The translations under genes and the position numbers were made by a program. DNA of 62,928 nt, filler included, from Stramenopiles sp. TOSAG23-3 (taxonomy: Eukaryota), in NCBI GenBank assembly GCA_900128585.1. It is 11 parts of 11 records of this genome, joined end to end, with 100 filler letters (N's around TTAATTAATTAA, not from the genome) between each part and the next. Parts side by side here need not be neighbours in the genome. Positions count along the whole stretch, not along the records: positions 16,568 to 24,740 come from LT643054.1; positions 24,841 to 33,013 come from LT643055.1; 9 more parts are not named here. The stretch is one strand, 5' to 3'. Below the pieces are notes generated by a model. The model made no database searches. It saw only the letters and a program-made list of their open reading frames with translations, and had not been told where the DNA came from. Positions 19,485 to 29,891 of this stretch are shown here, piece after piece; positions within the stretch are counted from its first letter, which is position 1, and every line of letters starts with the position of its first letter.

Positions 19485-21323
19485 ATGCCCGTTGCCAAAC
19501 CCCTTTCTGTGGTGCTTCGACGCCGGCGCGTGCACTCTTTCTGCAGTACTGTCGGCTGGAACGGTGTTGGGCTCTATGCGCTCGCGTTGGGTGTGGCCGC
19601 CGGTCACTTTTACATCGCTGCGGAGTACACGTTTTACTATCAAATCATGCACGTAGATGGCGTGTGGTTCTTTTTTCTATGTGCAATTTTGTTCGTTGTA
19701 ATGGTCTTATACCACTTGGTCGTGTGGAAGAAGGTCGCCAACGCCGTGACGGCCAGGCGGCCAGGGTCCTTCGTGCGGAGGGGCATGTGCCAGAGGATGG
19801 AGGCGTTCAGGGCAACTTTTGGGATCAATGGCAAACGTTTCCTCTTAAAATTGTATATTTCGGAAATACTCAAGACAGGGATGCAAGTGTACAACCTACT
19901 GACTTTGTACACGTGCGCGTTGCCCCCAGCTCTCCTTTTCGTTTTGTGCCTACTCTTGTGCGTTGAGCACCTTCACAGACTGTACTTTGTTTGGAAGCCC
20001 CTCACTGCCAGCCGGAGGGACACAAAAGTCTTTGTCAATATGTGTGTTGATTTGCTCTGTGCCACCCTTCCTTTAAGTTTCATGTGGCTCTGGTTTCGGG
20101 TGCCAGTGCCAATTAATGAGATGCTTGCCGTGGTTGCCTTGCCTACCATGTTCATTTTAATACGGCTGAACGAACTCATGGCCGAAAACGTTCATCGCCG
20201 CGCGTCCGAGAAGATCGTTCAGTGGCAGAGCGCAAAGTCCATCAAATCAGGCCGCCGACGCTCGACTATGTACGAAAAGACCATTGTGGAAACGGCTGTG
20301 CGGCAACAAGGTATGACAATTAACAGACACATACGATGCGCAGTAACTGTGGGGACAGTGATGACAGGGCTGTTCTTTCTCGGAATGGCAGTTCTCAGCA
20401 TGGCCGTAATTTCATTGACCGACTGCAACCAATTCCTTTGGGATGCATGCATGGTGAAGGTTCCTCTGTGTCGATTCAGCTTTTCGTGCAACTGTGCCGT
20501 GCTGCTCATAAAACGGCACAACCGGACGTCCTTGCCCCCCGCAATTGAATCGATGACGGCCATGAGGAAGTTGCAAATCAACAACGGGCCACTTAAAACC
20601 TTGCCAGAGCTGGGGAGTTTCATGCCCGTGTTGGCGCACGTCAACCTGGATTTCAACAAGTTGAGGGCGCTGCCTGCGTCCTTCGGCGAGGCAAAGCACC
20701 TGGTAATGTTGTACGCGGCCTTCAACGAGATCGCTTTCGTGCCCGGCGCCATACTCCAGCACGACGCAATGACAAATCTAGACTTGAGCACGAACCGTAT
20801 CACACGGCTGCCAAAGATCAGATTGACGCAGTTGCTTTCCTTTATCGTAGCCAACAACTCTATCTCCACGTTGCCGGAAAGTCTGTTCGATCACGCGTAC
20901 ATCGAGAACTTGGTCGTGGACGGGAACCGCTTGAAATCGCTCCCTTCAAACGTTGGCAATTCGGGAAAGACATTAACTTTCTTTGCTGCATCGCGGAATA
21001 ATTTGACGTCTCTGCCGTTTTCCTTTCAACGATTGGGGAAACTGGAAGTCTTGGACTTGAGGAACAATTCTTTGGCGTACTTGCCAGAATGGTTTGATGA
21101 GCTGACGTCGTTGAATCACTTGACGGTCGGTGGAAACCCCCTGTGCTCCAATGGATGGGGTGGCTCTGGAAACGTTCAAAAACTTATGACCAAGAAAGGG
21201 GAAGGGTGCGAAAAGCAGTGCTCCGATATGTGTCTTGACTTAACTCTGTACGAATCAGGAGTTTGTGCGCACGAGTGCACCGCACAAGAATGTGATTTTG
21301 AGGATAAACGGTGTGCTGAATAA
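19485..21323 (+). CDS. Multi-pass membrane protein with C-terminal leucine-rich repeats and an LNR/Notch-like Cys module; true N-terminus possibly in the 19309 frame
   Basis: Several hydrophobic helices; ~8-9 LxxLxLxxNxLxxLP repeats; GGNPLC cap; CSDMC..GVCAHECTAQECDFEDKRC. Confidence 0.85.
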   Translation: MPVAKPLSVVLRRRRVHSFCSTVGWNGVGLYALALGVAAGHFYIAAEYTFYYQIMHVDGVWFFFLCAILFVVMVLYHLVVWKKVANAVTARRPGSFVRRGMCQRMEAFRATFGINGKRFLLKLYISEILKTGMQVYNLLTLYTCALPPALLFVLCLLLCVEHLHRLYFVWKPLTASRRDTKVFVNMCVDLLCATLPLSFMWLWFRVPVPINEMLAVVALPTMFILIRLNELMAENVHRRASEKIVQWQSAKSIKSGRRRSTMYEKTIVETAVRQQGMTINRHIRCAVTVGTVMTGLFFLGMAVLSMAVISLTDCNQFLWDACMVKVPLCRFSFSCNCAVLLIKRHNRTSLPPAIESMTAMRKLQINNGPLKTLPELGSFMPVLAHVNLDFNKLRALPASFGEAKHLVMLYAAFNEIAFVPGAILQHDAMTNLDLSTNRITRLPKIRLTQLLSFIVANNSISTLPESLFDHAYIENLVVDGNRLKSLPSNVGNSGKTLTFFAASRNNLTSLPFSFQRLGKLEVLDLRNNSLAYLPEWFDELTSLNHLTVGGNPLCSNGWGGSGNVQKLMTKKGEGCEKQCSDMCLDLTLYESGVCAHECTAQECDFEDKRCAE

Positions 21324-21506
21324 TTTACGCGCAACATAGAGTATCGTTTTTTTTAAGTTTTCGTTTTACCTGCTTAACGGAAATAGTCCACACCGGCTTT
21401 CCTTTCACTCAATATTTTTCATTTAAGAATTCAGTTTCTCATTTTAATAGAGATGTAAATATTGATATCAATATACACTTCAAAACACATGTATTTATTT
21501 GATATT

Positions 21507-24500
21507 TTACAAACGACAGTTGCTGTTTCTACTCCTGGACAACAACCTTCTCCTTCTCGCTCTGGGGTTTTCCACGGTGCACACCGTCCCCGTCACTTCC
21601 ACAATTTTGGAAAAGTGAAGTCCTCCGCGGTCCTTCAATTCCTTCAGCTTGCAGCGGTTCGTCTTTTCGCACTTCTCGAAATCCTTCGATCCTTTGCAAC
21701 ATGAATCACCGTATTCGTCCTGGTACACCTTAACTGTCAATTCGTTCGACGGCAGATAATTCTCTGTATTGCACTTTGGCATCTCGCTCTTCAAGTACCC
21801 GCCCTCGTTCGTGTTCAACTTGATCACGGCTGCCCAACCCTTTTTGGAACCATGCCCGTTCATTTCGACATGCTGGATGGAAATGTCTTCCGCGCCAAAC
21901 AGTTTGGAAGGGCATTTCTGCGCGTCCTTTACTTCGTACCTGAGCGAGTGTTTTAGGTGCAACATACCTTTATCGGTGTGTTTTAAATCAGGTTCCAAGT
22001 AGTACAATGCCACGTTCTTGATCGTGGGGTTCGTCGTATCGATGTGGTTGATACCTCTGCAAAACATCCTTTTCATCCCTGGCAGCTCGCTAACCTTGAA
22101 CTTGCTCCCTTTTAAACATTGTTGATTGGGCGGGTTCGTCCCTCTCATCTGTTTCTGTAGCATTGTATTTTGCAAAGGCGTTTTGCGAGTGAAAGGCATG
22201 GCGTTCCATTGGCGTCGGCGCATTGCCTTTCCCAGCCGTGCCGTTCCCCCTTCTTCCAAAAACGAATCGGCCGGGCTCCATAAACCCTCCAATGCATTGT
22301 AAAAGTGCACGAGGACGTGACTGTACGGGAAAAACAATTGGCACAACTGCCGCTCTCCGTGGGTCCCCGGCTCTTTTACGATGCGTGGTCCACACAACGA
22401 TACTTCCTTGAAAAACGCATTAATTCTGCTTTTCAAACCATCTGCCTCCTCGTCTTTCATTTGGTCTTTCAGCGCTTCCAACACCTCCATCATGCCGCTG
22501 TGGAGGTACCCGTCCTTTTTCAAAGTATCGCTCACTTCGGCGTACAGGTTGTGCCAGCTGTAGCGCCCGCCTTGAGACAACGCGAAAGGAATTATGTCTT
22601 CCCTCTTAGTTTTCCCCGTCGGGTCCTCACAGGCGCCCAATATTGACCCCCGCCGCTCTTTGCAGCAGATGTTTGGAAAGAATGACGCCGCGTTCTGCTT
22701 AATGCCTTTAATTTGGAGCAAACCGTCCAAGTCCATTCTGAAGTTGCAAAACGCTTTCAACATCTCGTCCCGGTTTGTATCGATGCAGGTCGTATCTTCG
22801 ACGTCTTCGATTTCGTTCGTCACGTCGATGGCCGGGAAGACGACGACCCTATCCTCTTTTTCGTTGCGGCAAAAGTCGTGTTCGCTTTGGCCGTCGCGTT
22901 CGCTTCGTTTTGTCATTAGTTTATCGTGTTTCATTCGAATATTTTCTCGTTGCCACAGCCGCGCATTCTTAAATGACAGATCGTTTTGTTCCTCCTTGAT
23001 TCGCATTATTTCTGCTTCGATGAACGGGAAGATGCACCTGTCCCTTTCCCAGGACGGCTTGCTTCCCCCGGAACATTGTTCACATTTTCCATCGCCGCCT
23101 ACCGATATTTCGCCGGGGCGACATAATGTGCAAATGCCGACATTTTCCTCACTAGCAACTGGGCAATGGCGGTTTCGGGATATTTCCGTTACCGCCCCTA
23201 CGCACACATAGCCCCCAATAGAGTTCAGACCGCACGTGCGAGAATGTCCGGCAGTCGAACCTCCGGCAGTCAATTGTACGTACATTGCGCCATTGTTAGG
23301 TGTTTGCAATTTTGTAACGAATAACCCTCCCTCGTTCAAGCCAACGCATTTGTATTCTCCTTTCGCATTCAAACTGCATATGCGGCTCTGTCTCGCAATC
23401 ACTTGCTTGTGGGGGTTTTCCTGTGTTTTCTTTATAAGCGCATTAAGTGCTAATTGTACTGGTTGCCCTCCCAGTTCCCCATAGCACTCAATCTTTTCGC
23501 CCCTTGTCAATGCGCATACATGTTCTATCCCCACACTTACTTGTATGTAGTTTTGCCCTGTCGGCTCGATCTTGCTTACGCCTTCGCTTCCGAAGCATTC
23601 TATTGCGCCTCTGTCAGTTAATGCACATACGAAAGAGGGGCCCGAACTCACGTGTACGAATTTTCCCTTTGTTGCAAGTTTTGACCAGAGTTCTTTCTTG
23701 CCGTGGTCCCTAAATTTTCCAAAGCACTCGAGCAACCCATTCTTCTCCAAGGTGCACGTGTTTATAAACCCGCAGCTCACTTGGGCATAAATTTTGTCTT
23801 TTTGTGATGTTTTGGGTGCCTGAGTATCCGTGTTAAGGCCTCTGCATTCGTATCGCCCTGTTGATGTGACAGCGCACGTATGAAAACCACCCGCGCTCAC
23901 TTGAACGTATCTGGATCCATCCAAGGGCCTTACCAACCCTTTAGGAGCCTGCCCATGATTGTTCAGCCCAACGCATTGTAGTTCGCCCCTTGTCGACAAT
24001 GCGCACGTATGTTGATCCCCTGCACTGACAAAAGCAAGTATTTGCGTAGAAACAGATGTCCCAAAGGCTCCAGAGGTGGGCCGATTGTTCAAAGGTGCCT
24101 GACCTTTATTATTTCGCCCGACACATTCATATTGCCCATTCGACGTCAACCCGCACGTATGAAATCGGCTCGTGCTCACTTCCACATACTTGGCTGCGTC
24201 ATCTTTTGGCGATTGCAATTCCTTGGGAGCTTGTCGTTCTGCATTGTTTCCAATGCAGACATATCCTCCGTTCGACGTCAGAGCGCATGTGTGATCTTCT
24301 CCTGCGCTAATCTGCACATATTTTGACCCGTCCTTTGGCATTTGCATGTCACTTGGGAGATTGTCGTTTCCCCAACATTTGAACCACCCATTAGAGGACA
24401 AAGCGCATGTATAATCCTCGCCGCAGCTTACCTGGACGTATTGGGAGCCGTCACGGGGAAGCTGCGAATCTCGAGGTGCATATGTTGGTACTGTACGTTT

Positions 24501-24740
24501 TTGGTTTTTAAGCGCACATTCGAAACGGCCGTCTGACGTTAACGCGCACGCGTGAAGGTAACCCAGACTCACTTGGGTGTACTTATAATTTCCCTTTGCC
24601 TTTGGTATCTCCCATTTCGTTTGGCCCGTGCAAGAATAAGCGCCATTCTCTGTTAATGCACAGACGTCAGAAGGGCCTGCGCTAATCTGCATATACCGTT
24701 TTGACCCATCGGCATATGTATACCTGTCTACAGGTTGAGG
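21507..24740 (-). CDS. RCC1/BLIP-II-like repeat protein + Cys-rich (GCC2/GCC3-like) module + coiled coil + unknown C-terminal region; 5' partial
   Basis: ~12 repeats YVQVSxGxxHTCALTSxGxxECxGxN; CTLCRPGEIS..CEQCSGG; frame is open to the contig edge (PQPVDRYTYADGSKRYMQISAG). Confidence 0.85.
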   Translation of the reverse strand, partial: PQPVDRYTYADGSKRYMQISAGPSDVCALTENGAYSCTGQTKWEIPKAKGNYKYTQVSLGYLHACALTSDGRFECALKNQKRTVPTYAPRDSQLPRDGSQYVQVSCGEDYTCALSSNGWFKCWGNDNLPSDMQMPKDGSKYVQISAGEDHTCALTSNGGYVCIGNNAERQAPKELQSPKDDAAKYVEVSTSRFHTCGLTSNGQYECVGRNNKGQAPLNNRPTSGAFGTSVSTQILAFVSAGDQHTCALSTRGELQCVGLNNHGQAPKGLVRPLDGSRYVQVSAGGFHTCAVTSTGRYECRGLNTDTQAPKTSQKDKIYAQVSCGFINTCTLEKNGLLECFGKFRDHGKKELWSKLATKGKFVHVSSGPSFVCALTDRGAIECFGSEGVSKIEPTGQNYIQVSVGIEHVCALTRGEKIECYGELGGQPVQLALNALIKKTQENPHKQVIARQSRICSLNAKGEYKCVGLNEGGLFVTKLQTPNNGAMYVQLTAGGSTAGHSRTCGLNSIGGYVCVGAVTEISRNRHCPVASEENVGICTLCRPGEISVGGDGKCEQCSGGSKPSWERDRCIFPFIEAEIMRIKEEQNDLSFKNARLWQRENIRMKHDKLMTKRSERDGQSEHDFCRNEKEDRVVVFPAIDVTNEIEDVEDTTCIDTNRDEMLKAFCNFRMDLDGLLQIKGIKQNAASFFPNICCKERRGSILGACEDPTGKTKREDIIPFALSQGGRYSWHNLYAEVSDTLKKDGYLHSGMMEVLEALKDQMKDEEADGLKSRINAFFKEVSLCGPRIVKEPGTHGERQLCQLFFPYSHVLVHFYNALEGLWSPADSFLEEGGTARLGKAMRRRQWNAMPFTRKTPLQNTMLQKQMRGTNPPNQQCLKGSKFKVSELPGMKRMFCRGINHIDTTNPTIKNVALYYLEPDLKHTDKGMLHLKHSLRYEVKDAQKCPSKLFGAEDISIQHVEMNGHGSKKGWAAVIKLNTNEGGYLKSEMPKCNTENYLPSNELTVKVYQDEYGDSCCKGSKDFEKCEKTNRCKLKELKDRGGLHFSKIVEVTGTVCTVENPRARRRRLLSRSRNSNCRL

Positions 24741-25285
24741 NNNNNNNNNNNNNNNNNNNNNNNNNNNNNNNNNNNNNNNNNNNNTTAATTAATTAANNNN
24801 NNNNNNNNNNNNNNNNNNNNNNNNNNNNNNNNNNNNNNNNGGTAAATAATATATATAGAATAACAATAAGTAGCGAGATAATACGCGAGCATATTTAACA
24901 GGCGATTACTGTTAGGAATAATGTAAATAGTGGGACACAGCATTACGTATGCTCAAAAATAAAATCTTAAGAAGAAGAAATATTATTTATTATTTTTTAT
25001 TAGGACTATTAATTATTACATTATTTAATTATTTGATGAGATGATGGATGCTCCTACGGCACCCAGGTATTAAATACCTGGTACTACAGGCAGCAGCGGC
25101 GAGGAGCGAGGAGCAGCCAAAAATAATTTTAGGTCTATTATAACTACTACTACTATTTATTTATTTTAACATATAGAAATTAATAATACATCAAAATAAA
25201 CAATATAATAATTAATACAACGTAATGTGTAATTCGGAAGTCTTGTTTGTTTTCTTCTTTTTTTTTATAAACTTTTTTTTATGGA

Positions 25286-26764
25286 TCATGGATCATAAAA
25301 TTCTTTCCTCTTCTTTTCAATTTGCTCTTCAGTATAGTGGTCTAAAAGCAGCCTCTTGTACAGATTGTAAGCAACGTGAGAATCTTGTTGAGACTCCATA
25401 TCTTTTAGCAATTCTACGTGTTCGTCTACCCACGGAGGGCTGGGAACCGGTTTCAAAACTGGCATGTTCGGCGCCACTTCTGGCAGCGGGGGGGTAAAGT
25501 TTGGTCGAAACACTATTTTCTTTCCCGAACCGCTTCTTCCAAGGAGTCGTGAAAGGGGTCTCTTGGACGATGACGACGAGCTTTTCGGGGGGCTAGTGTT
25601 TGCTCGTTGCCCGGTGGAATGGGGCGTTGTCGAAGACTTGAACACTATCTTTTTCTGGGCAACGGAGATGGGCTTCACTTTTGAGCTCCCAGCCTGAGAT
25701 TTTGATGGGGCGGGATCGGCGACGTGTGTCTCGCTCGCACTACTGGCATTGGGCTTAAAAACGATTTTCTTCGGGACCTCCGTCCTTTGGGGCGTCGGAG
25801 TGCCGTGCTTCTTCTTTGCTGCATGCTCGCTGCTCCCCCCAGGGTTTCTGAACTTAATGGTTTTCGAGCTGGGCGATGATGCCCCGGATCCTGCCCTGTC
25901 GTCTTTAATTTTTTGCTTCTTCGTGGAAGACTTTCTGCTCGATCGAGGCCCTTTGCGCTTGCCTGGGGTTCCCAACGCATTGTTCCGCGACACCAGCCTT
26001 GCCCCCTCCAGGGAGGACATAACGTGGTCGCGCTTTGACCCTGGAAACTTTAATGTATACCAGTCGTTTCCTTTCCTGTCCTTGGCAACCTTCTGGACGA
26101 CAGCCTCAAACATTTCGGTAGTTTTGTCTGTCATTTTCCAGGGAACCAATATTCGATCCCCAGCCTTGAACGCTGCCGTGGTGGCCTGTGCTTTTTGTCG
26201 CGGCGATGCCGCTGGTGATTCTGAGGACTCCTGGCACTGCGATGCCCTGGCCCGCCGTGTCCGCCGAGGGCTGTTCACGGTAACGTCGTCGCTGCTCCCG
26301 GCGCCGCTGGCTCCTTCGGCCGTGGGAGCTGCCTTTCGCCTCGAGGTCATTTCCTTGGCATCGTACACGCTCTCTTCGGACATCTCCTCGTTGACTCTAA
26401 GGGTGTAGACGCTGGTGTCCAAAAGCTCTCCACGCTCGCTCGAGTCGTACACCCACATTTCACGAATAGCAAACAACCAGCTCGTCAGCAACGGGTCTTC
26501 CGACACCGGAGGGTTCAAACTCTTCAGCCAGTGTTTTGCGTTCCGTGTTGCTGCGTTGCTCGCAATTTCCCGACTTTTTTCGAACCGCTCGCCTTCCCCT
26601 AATAGCTCCGGGCCGATGTAAAAGTCAACTTCAAATCGGTCGTGCTTCTGGCTCCTATCGAGCGCTACGCCGCCAAGTTCATTCCACATTTTAATAATTC
26701 TCCCGTCGCAGCTTGGACCGAAGACGGCCCTTAGACCATCGAATAGCTTCTTCTTGTTGCTCAT
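25286..26764 (-). CDS. Putative nuclear protein with BRCT-like N-terminus and Tudor-like domain
   Basis: Likely start MSNKKKLFDG; LFDGLRAVF..WNELGG..LTSWL (BRCT-like); FKAGDRILVPWK..FEAVVQKV..WYTLKFPG (Tudor-like); repeated KKIVFK motif. Confidence 0.7.
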   Translation of the reverse strand: MSNKKKLFDGLRAVFGPSCDGRIIKMWNELGGVALDRSQKHDRFEVDFYIGPELLGEGERFEKSREIASNAATRNAKHWLKSLNPPVSEDPLLTSWLFAIREMWVYDSSERGELLDTSVYTLRVNEEMSEESVYDAKEMTSRRKAAPTAEGASGAGSSDDVTVNSPRRTRRARASQCQESSESPAASPRQKAQATTAAFKAGDRILVPWKMTDKTTEMFEAVVQKVAKDRKGNDWYTLKFPGSKRDHVMSSLEGARLVSRNNALGTPGKRKGPRSSRKSSTKKQKIKDDRAGSGASSPSSKTIKFRNPGGSSEHAAKKKHGTPTPQRTEVPKKIVFKPNASSASETHVADPAPSKSQAGSSKVKPISVAQKKIVFKSSTTPHSTGQRANTSPPKSSSSSSKRPLSRLLGRSGSGKKIVFRPNFTPPLPEVAPNMPVLKPVPSPPWVDEHVELLKDMESQQDSHVAYNLYKRLLLDHYTEEQIEKKRKEFYDP

Positions 26765-27443
26765 AGCTGCTATATATAGAGAAAGAGAAATGAACTTGCA
26801 ACTCTTTCGTTGCCTTTTCTCAAACAGAATTAGTAAAGGCGAGGAAACACGAGGTGGAGATCGTGTTCGTTCTCTCGTTCTTCCTTCTGTTACTAATATC
26901 CCGCCCATTTCTTCTTTCTTTCTCTTCTTCTTTCTCTTTCTTCTTTTCTTCCTCCTTTTTTTTTTTAATTAATATAATAATTATAATCATAATAATAATG
27001 AGAAATATTACCACACTATTTTTTTATTATTATTTTTTTTGTTTTTTTTTGTTTTTTTTTGTTTTTGTTTTCTTCTTCTCAATCAAAATCACATTATTAT
27101 TTTAAATAAGACAAACTTATTATAATATTACACAAAATAACTAAATAATAGTAATATGTAAAATACATTATTTATGAATGATCTACACTTCTTGTTTCTT
27201 TCCAATTTTTTAAATGATACTTCTTCGTACGGTGTTCGTAGTGTAGTAACCATATTTGCCTATACTATATAGATCGATCGATCCAGGATCCAGGAGGAGA
27301 TTTAGATGATCGATCGTCGTACACCACCACCACCACCGTGTGTGTATTATTATTTATTATGTATGTCTATATAGAAGAAGAAGAAGAATAGTTTTTAAAA
27401 AAAGGCTCTCTCTTCTGACTCCTTACGATCGATTCAAGTCTAA

Positions 27444-28646
27444 TCAAAGGAAAATTGTCATTGATCGGCCACTTGCAGATCGGAATAATCTGTCTTTCAC
27501 GGCGTCACGATGAGCATGATTATTGCTCGTTTCATCAATATCAAGGACAAAGACGCGCGTGGCTCCATCGATGCTTTCCGACCACCTCAACGCCGCGAAC
27601 AATTGGTTTGCTGCTTCGTCCATGTCTCCGGCCGGGGAGAGGTCCCTGTACCCCAAGCACTTTGGTTCCAAAGACTTCAACGCTCCACCAAAGTCCAAGA
27701 CGACGCTCTCCTTCCACACTGTGTCGGTGGGCGTTTCGTCCACGACAATGCCATCGGCCGCACGGTCCTTCCCGACCACCTTCAACAGCGTTGCCGGGAC
27801 GTCGGGGGCGTAATGCGTCAGGTGCTGCCCGGGGGCCTCCTCCCCGACGCCCTTCAACCCAACCTCTTCCTCTTTGTGAATGACTACTTTGGCTCGGACT
27901 TCCACGGAGAAATCCGAGAACGGGCCCTGCCGAAGTGCACTTTCCAGCTGGGCTTGGGAGATCCCGCCCCGCCGAAACAAAATGATTTTCTTCTCTACGC
28001 CGTCTATTTTGGCAACCGTCGACTCAATCCCCACGGAGCAATCAGTTGCGCTTCCACCGCCGCCACCGTCGTCCCCGCGTCCTACCATTCCACCGTCTAC
28101 TACAAAAATATCGTGCTGGCCCAAATCCTGGAGGACATGGGATGCAGACGTCGGGCTGACGTGCCCGAACCTGTTTGCACTCGGAGCCGCAACGGGGACT
28201 TTGGCCGCCTCCAGCAGCCGCCGTGCAACGGGGTGGTTGGGGCACCGGATGCCGACCATGCCCGTCCCCGCGGTAACGGTCAGTGGGATGGATTCGTGGG
28301 CCCGTCCGACCAAGGTCAGGGGACCAGGCCAGAATGCAGTTGCCAAATATCTGTACAAAGGTTCGATGTCGTTTCCCAGCTGCAGCAGCTCAAGGGCGGC
28401 GTCTGGTGCCGGGACGTGCACGATCAACGGGTCGTTCAACGGACGACCTTTCGTCGTAAATATGCTGCGCACCGCCGCCTCGTCCAGGGCGTTGGCGCCC
28501 AGGCCATACACGGTTTCCGTCGGGAAAGCGACCAGTCCACCGTCCCGCAACCGTTTCCCGGCCTTTTCAAGATCCTCACTCGTGGTAGAAAGCGCCAAAG
28601 CTTTTTGTTCCTGTACAACCTTCCCGCTCGAACCGACGCCGGACAT
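27444..28646 (-). CDS. SUA5: Threonylcarbamoyl-AMP synthase (YrdC + Sua5 C-terminal domain)
   Basis: VAFPTETVYGLGANA, KGRPLNDPLIVH, FWPGPLT, AAPSANRFGHVSPT, GIESTV, APGQHLTHYAP. Confidence 0.96.
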   Translation of the reverse strand: MSGVGSSGKVVQEQKALALSTTSEDLEKAGKRLRDGGLVAFPTETVYGLGANALDEAAVRSIFTTKGRPLNDPLIVHVPAPDAALELLQLGNDIEPLYRYLATAFWPGPLTLVGRAHESIPLTVTAGTGMVGIRCPNHPVARRLLEAAKVPVAAPSANRFGHVSPTSASHVLQDLGQHDIFVVDGGMVGRGDDGGGGGSATDCSVGIESTVAKIDGVEKKIILFRRGGISQAQLESALRQGPFSDFSVEVRAKVVIHKEEEVGLKGVGEEAPGQHLTHYAPDVPATLLKVVGKDRAADGIVVDETPTDTVWKESVVLDFGGALKSLEPKCLGYRDLSPAGDMDEAANQLFAALRWSESIDGATRVFVLDIDETSNNHAHRDAVKDRLFRSASGRSMTIFL

Positions 28647-29197
28647 ATTGTATCGTGCTCACAGAAAGACACCGACACGCGCGCAAACAACGATGCCCTC
28701 GCCCGACTCGCCCCTTCAAACTCGCAGGGCCTCTGTTCCGGCCGGTCGAAAAAGGAACCACTCTTCAACGGTATAGTAGTATATCCACCAAAAATACCCA
28801 ACACACGTATCAACAAATTTTAAACTATACGATGAAGAAATCAACATATAATTCATTCGTCTCGACCTCAATTAAATACGACTAAAGAAGCTCCTGTACA
28901 AATTCTATTAACCTACCTACTCACATAGCTATACCTCATTAATAATCATCAGAATAGATCTGTGGATATATGTCATGGTGGTGGTGGTGATCATCAATCA
29001 AAAAATAATAATAATAAATGTTTGTTCTTCTTTTTTTCTTCTTCTTTCTTCTTTTCTTATTTTATTGTAATAATATTATTATTCTCTCCTCCCATTGTGT
29101 GACGTTGTATTTTATAATATTAATATTTACCATTCTCTTCTTCTTTTTTCTCCTCTTCTTTCTCCTCTTCTTTCTCTTCTTCTTTCTCTTCTTCTTC

Positions 29198-29228
<31 letters not shown>

Positions 29229-29891
29229 GTCTTCTTGCTTCTTTTTCCTTCTTTCTCTTCTTCTCTTTTCTTTCGCAATTATTTTATTTTTTGTTTTGTT
29301 TTGTTTTGTTAATTTTAGTTTAATGGTGAAAAAAAGGAAGAAAGAAAGGCCAAGTCCAGGTCAGCCACAATTAAGACAATTTCCTTTCTTATTAAGGATA
29401 AAAATACATAATTTAAATTATATAGAAATAATACTTTGATTTTATTAAATTATACTATAATATAAGCAAACTAGAAGAAGAAGAAAGAAGAAGAAGAAGA
29501 AGAAGAAGAAGAAATAATAAAAGAAGAAGAAGAAAAGAAGAAGAAGAAATAATAAAAAAGAAGAAGAAGAAGAAATAATAATTAAAAAAAGAAGAAGAAG
29601 ATGGATGATGAAGAGAAGAAGAAGGAAGATATTTTATATTTATTATACTGTAAATGTTTACTTTCTTTTTTTCGTCCTTTCTGTCTTCCTCTCCCTCTTT
29701 CCTTCTTTCTTGTCGTTTCTTCTTGTTCATTCAATGATTCGTTGTGTCATTTTGTATTCTTTCTTTTTTTGAAGTACGCACATACATTTGCATATTTATA
29801 CGCGCACGCAATACACGTGCATCCCTAGGGGTTCCGGTTTCGTCCGCACCACACACACCGTTGTCCGTCCGGGTCTATCCCACCAACGACT

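Noticed and set aside
21507-21520. PTS1 (CRL) on the RCC1-repeat protein
   Set aside because: The Cys-rich, extracellular-type architecture makes peroxisomal import unlikely; probably coincidental
29018-29828. Phe/Leu/Ser- or Lys/Glu-rich ORFs (also 26754-27105, 37657-38354, 41330-41650, 59486-59798)
   Set aside because: Translations of (TTC)n/(GAA)n and poly-T low-complexity intergenic DNA
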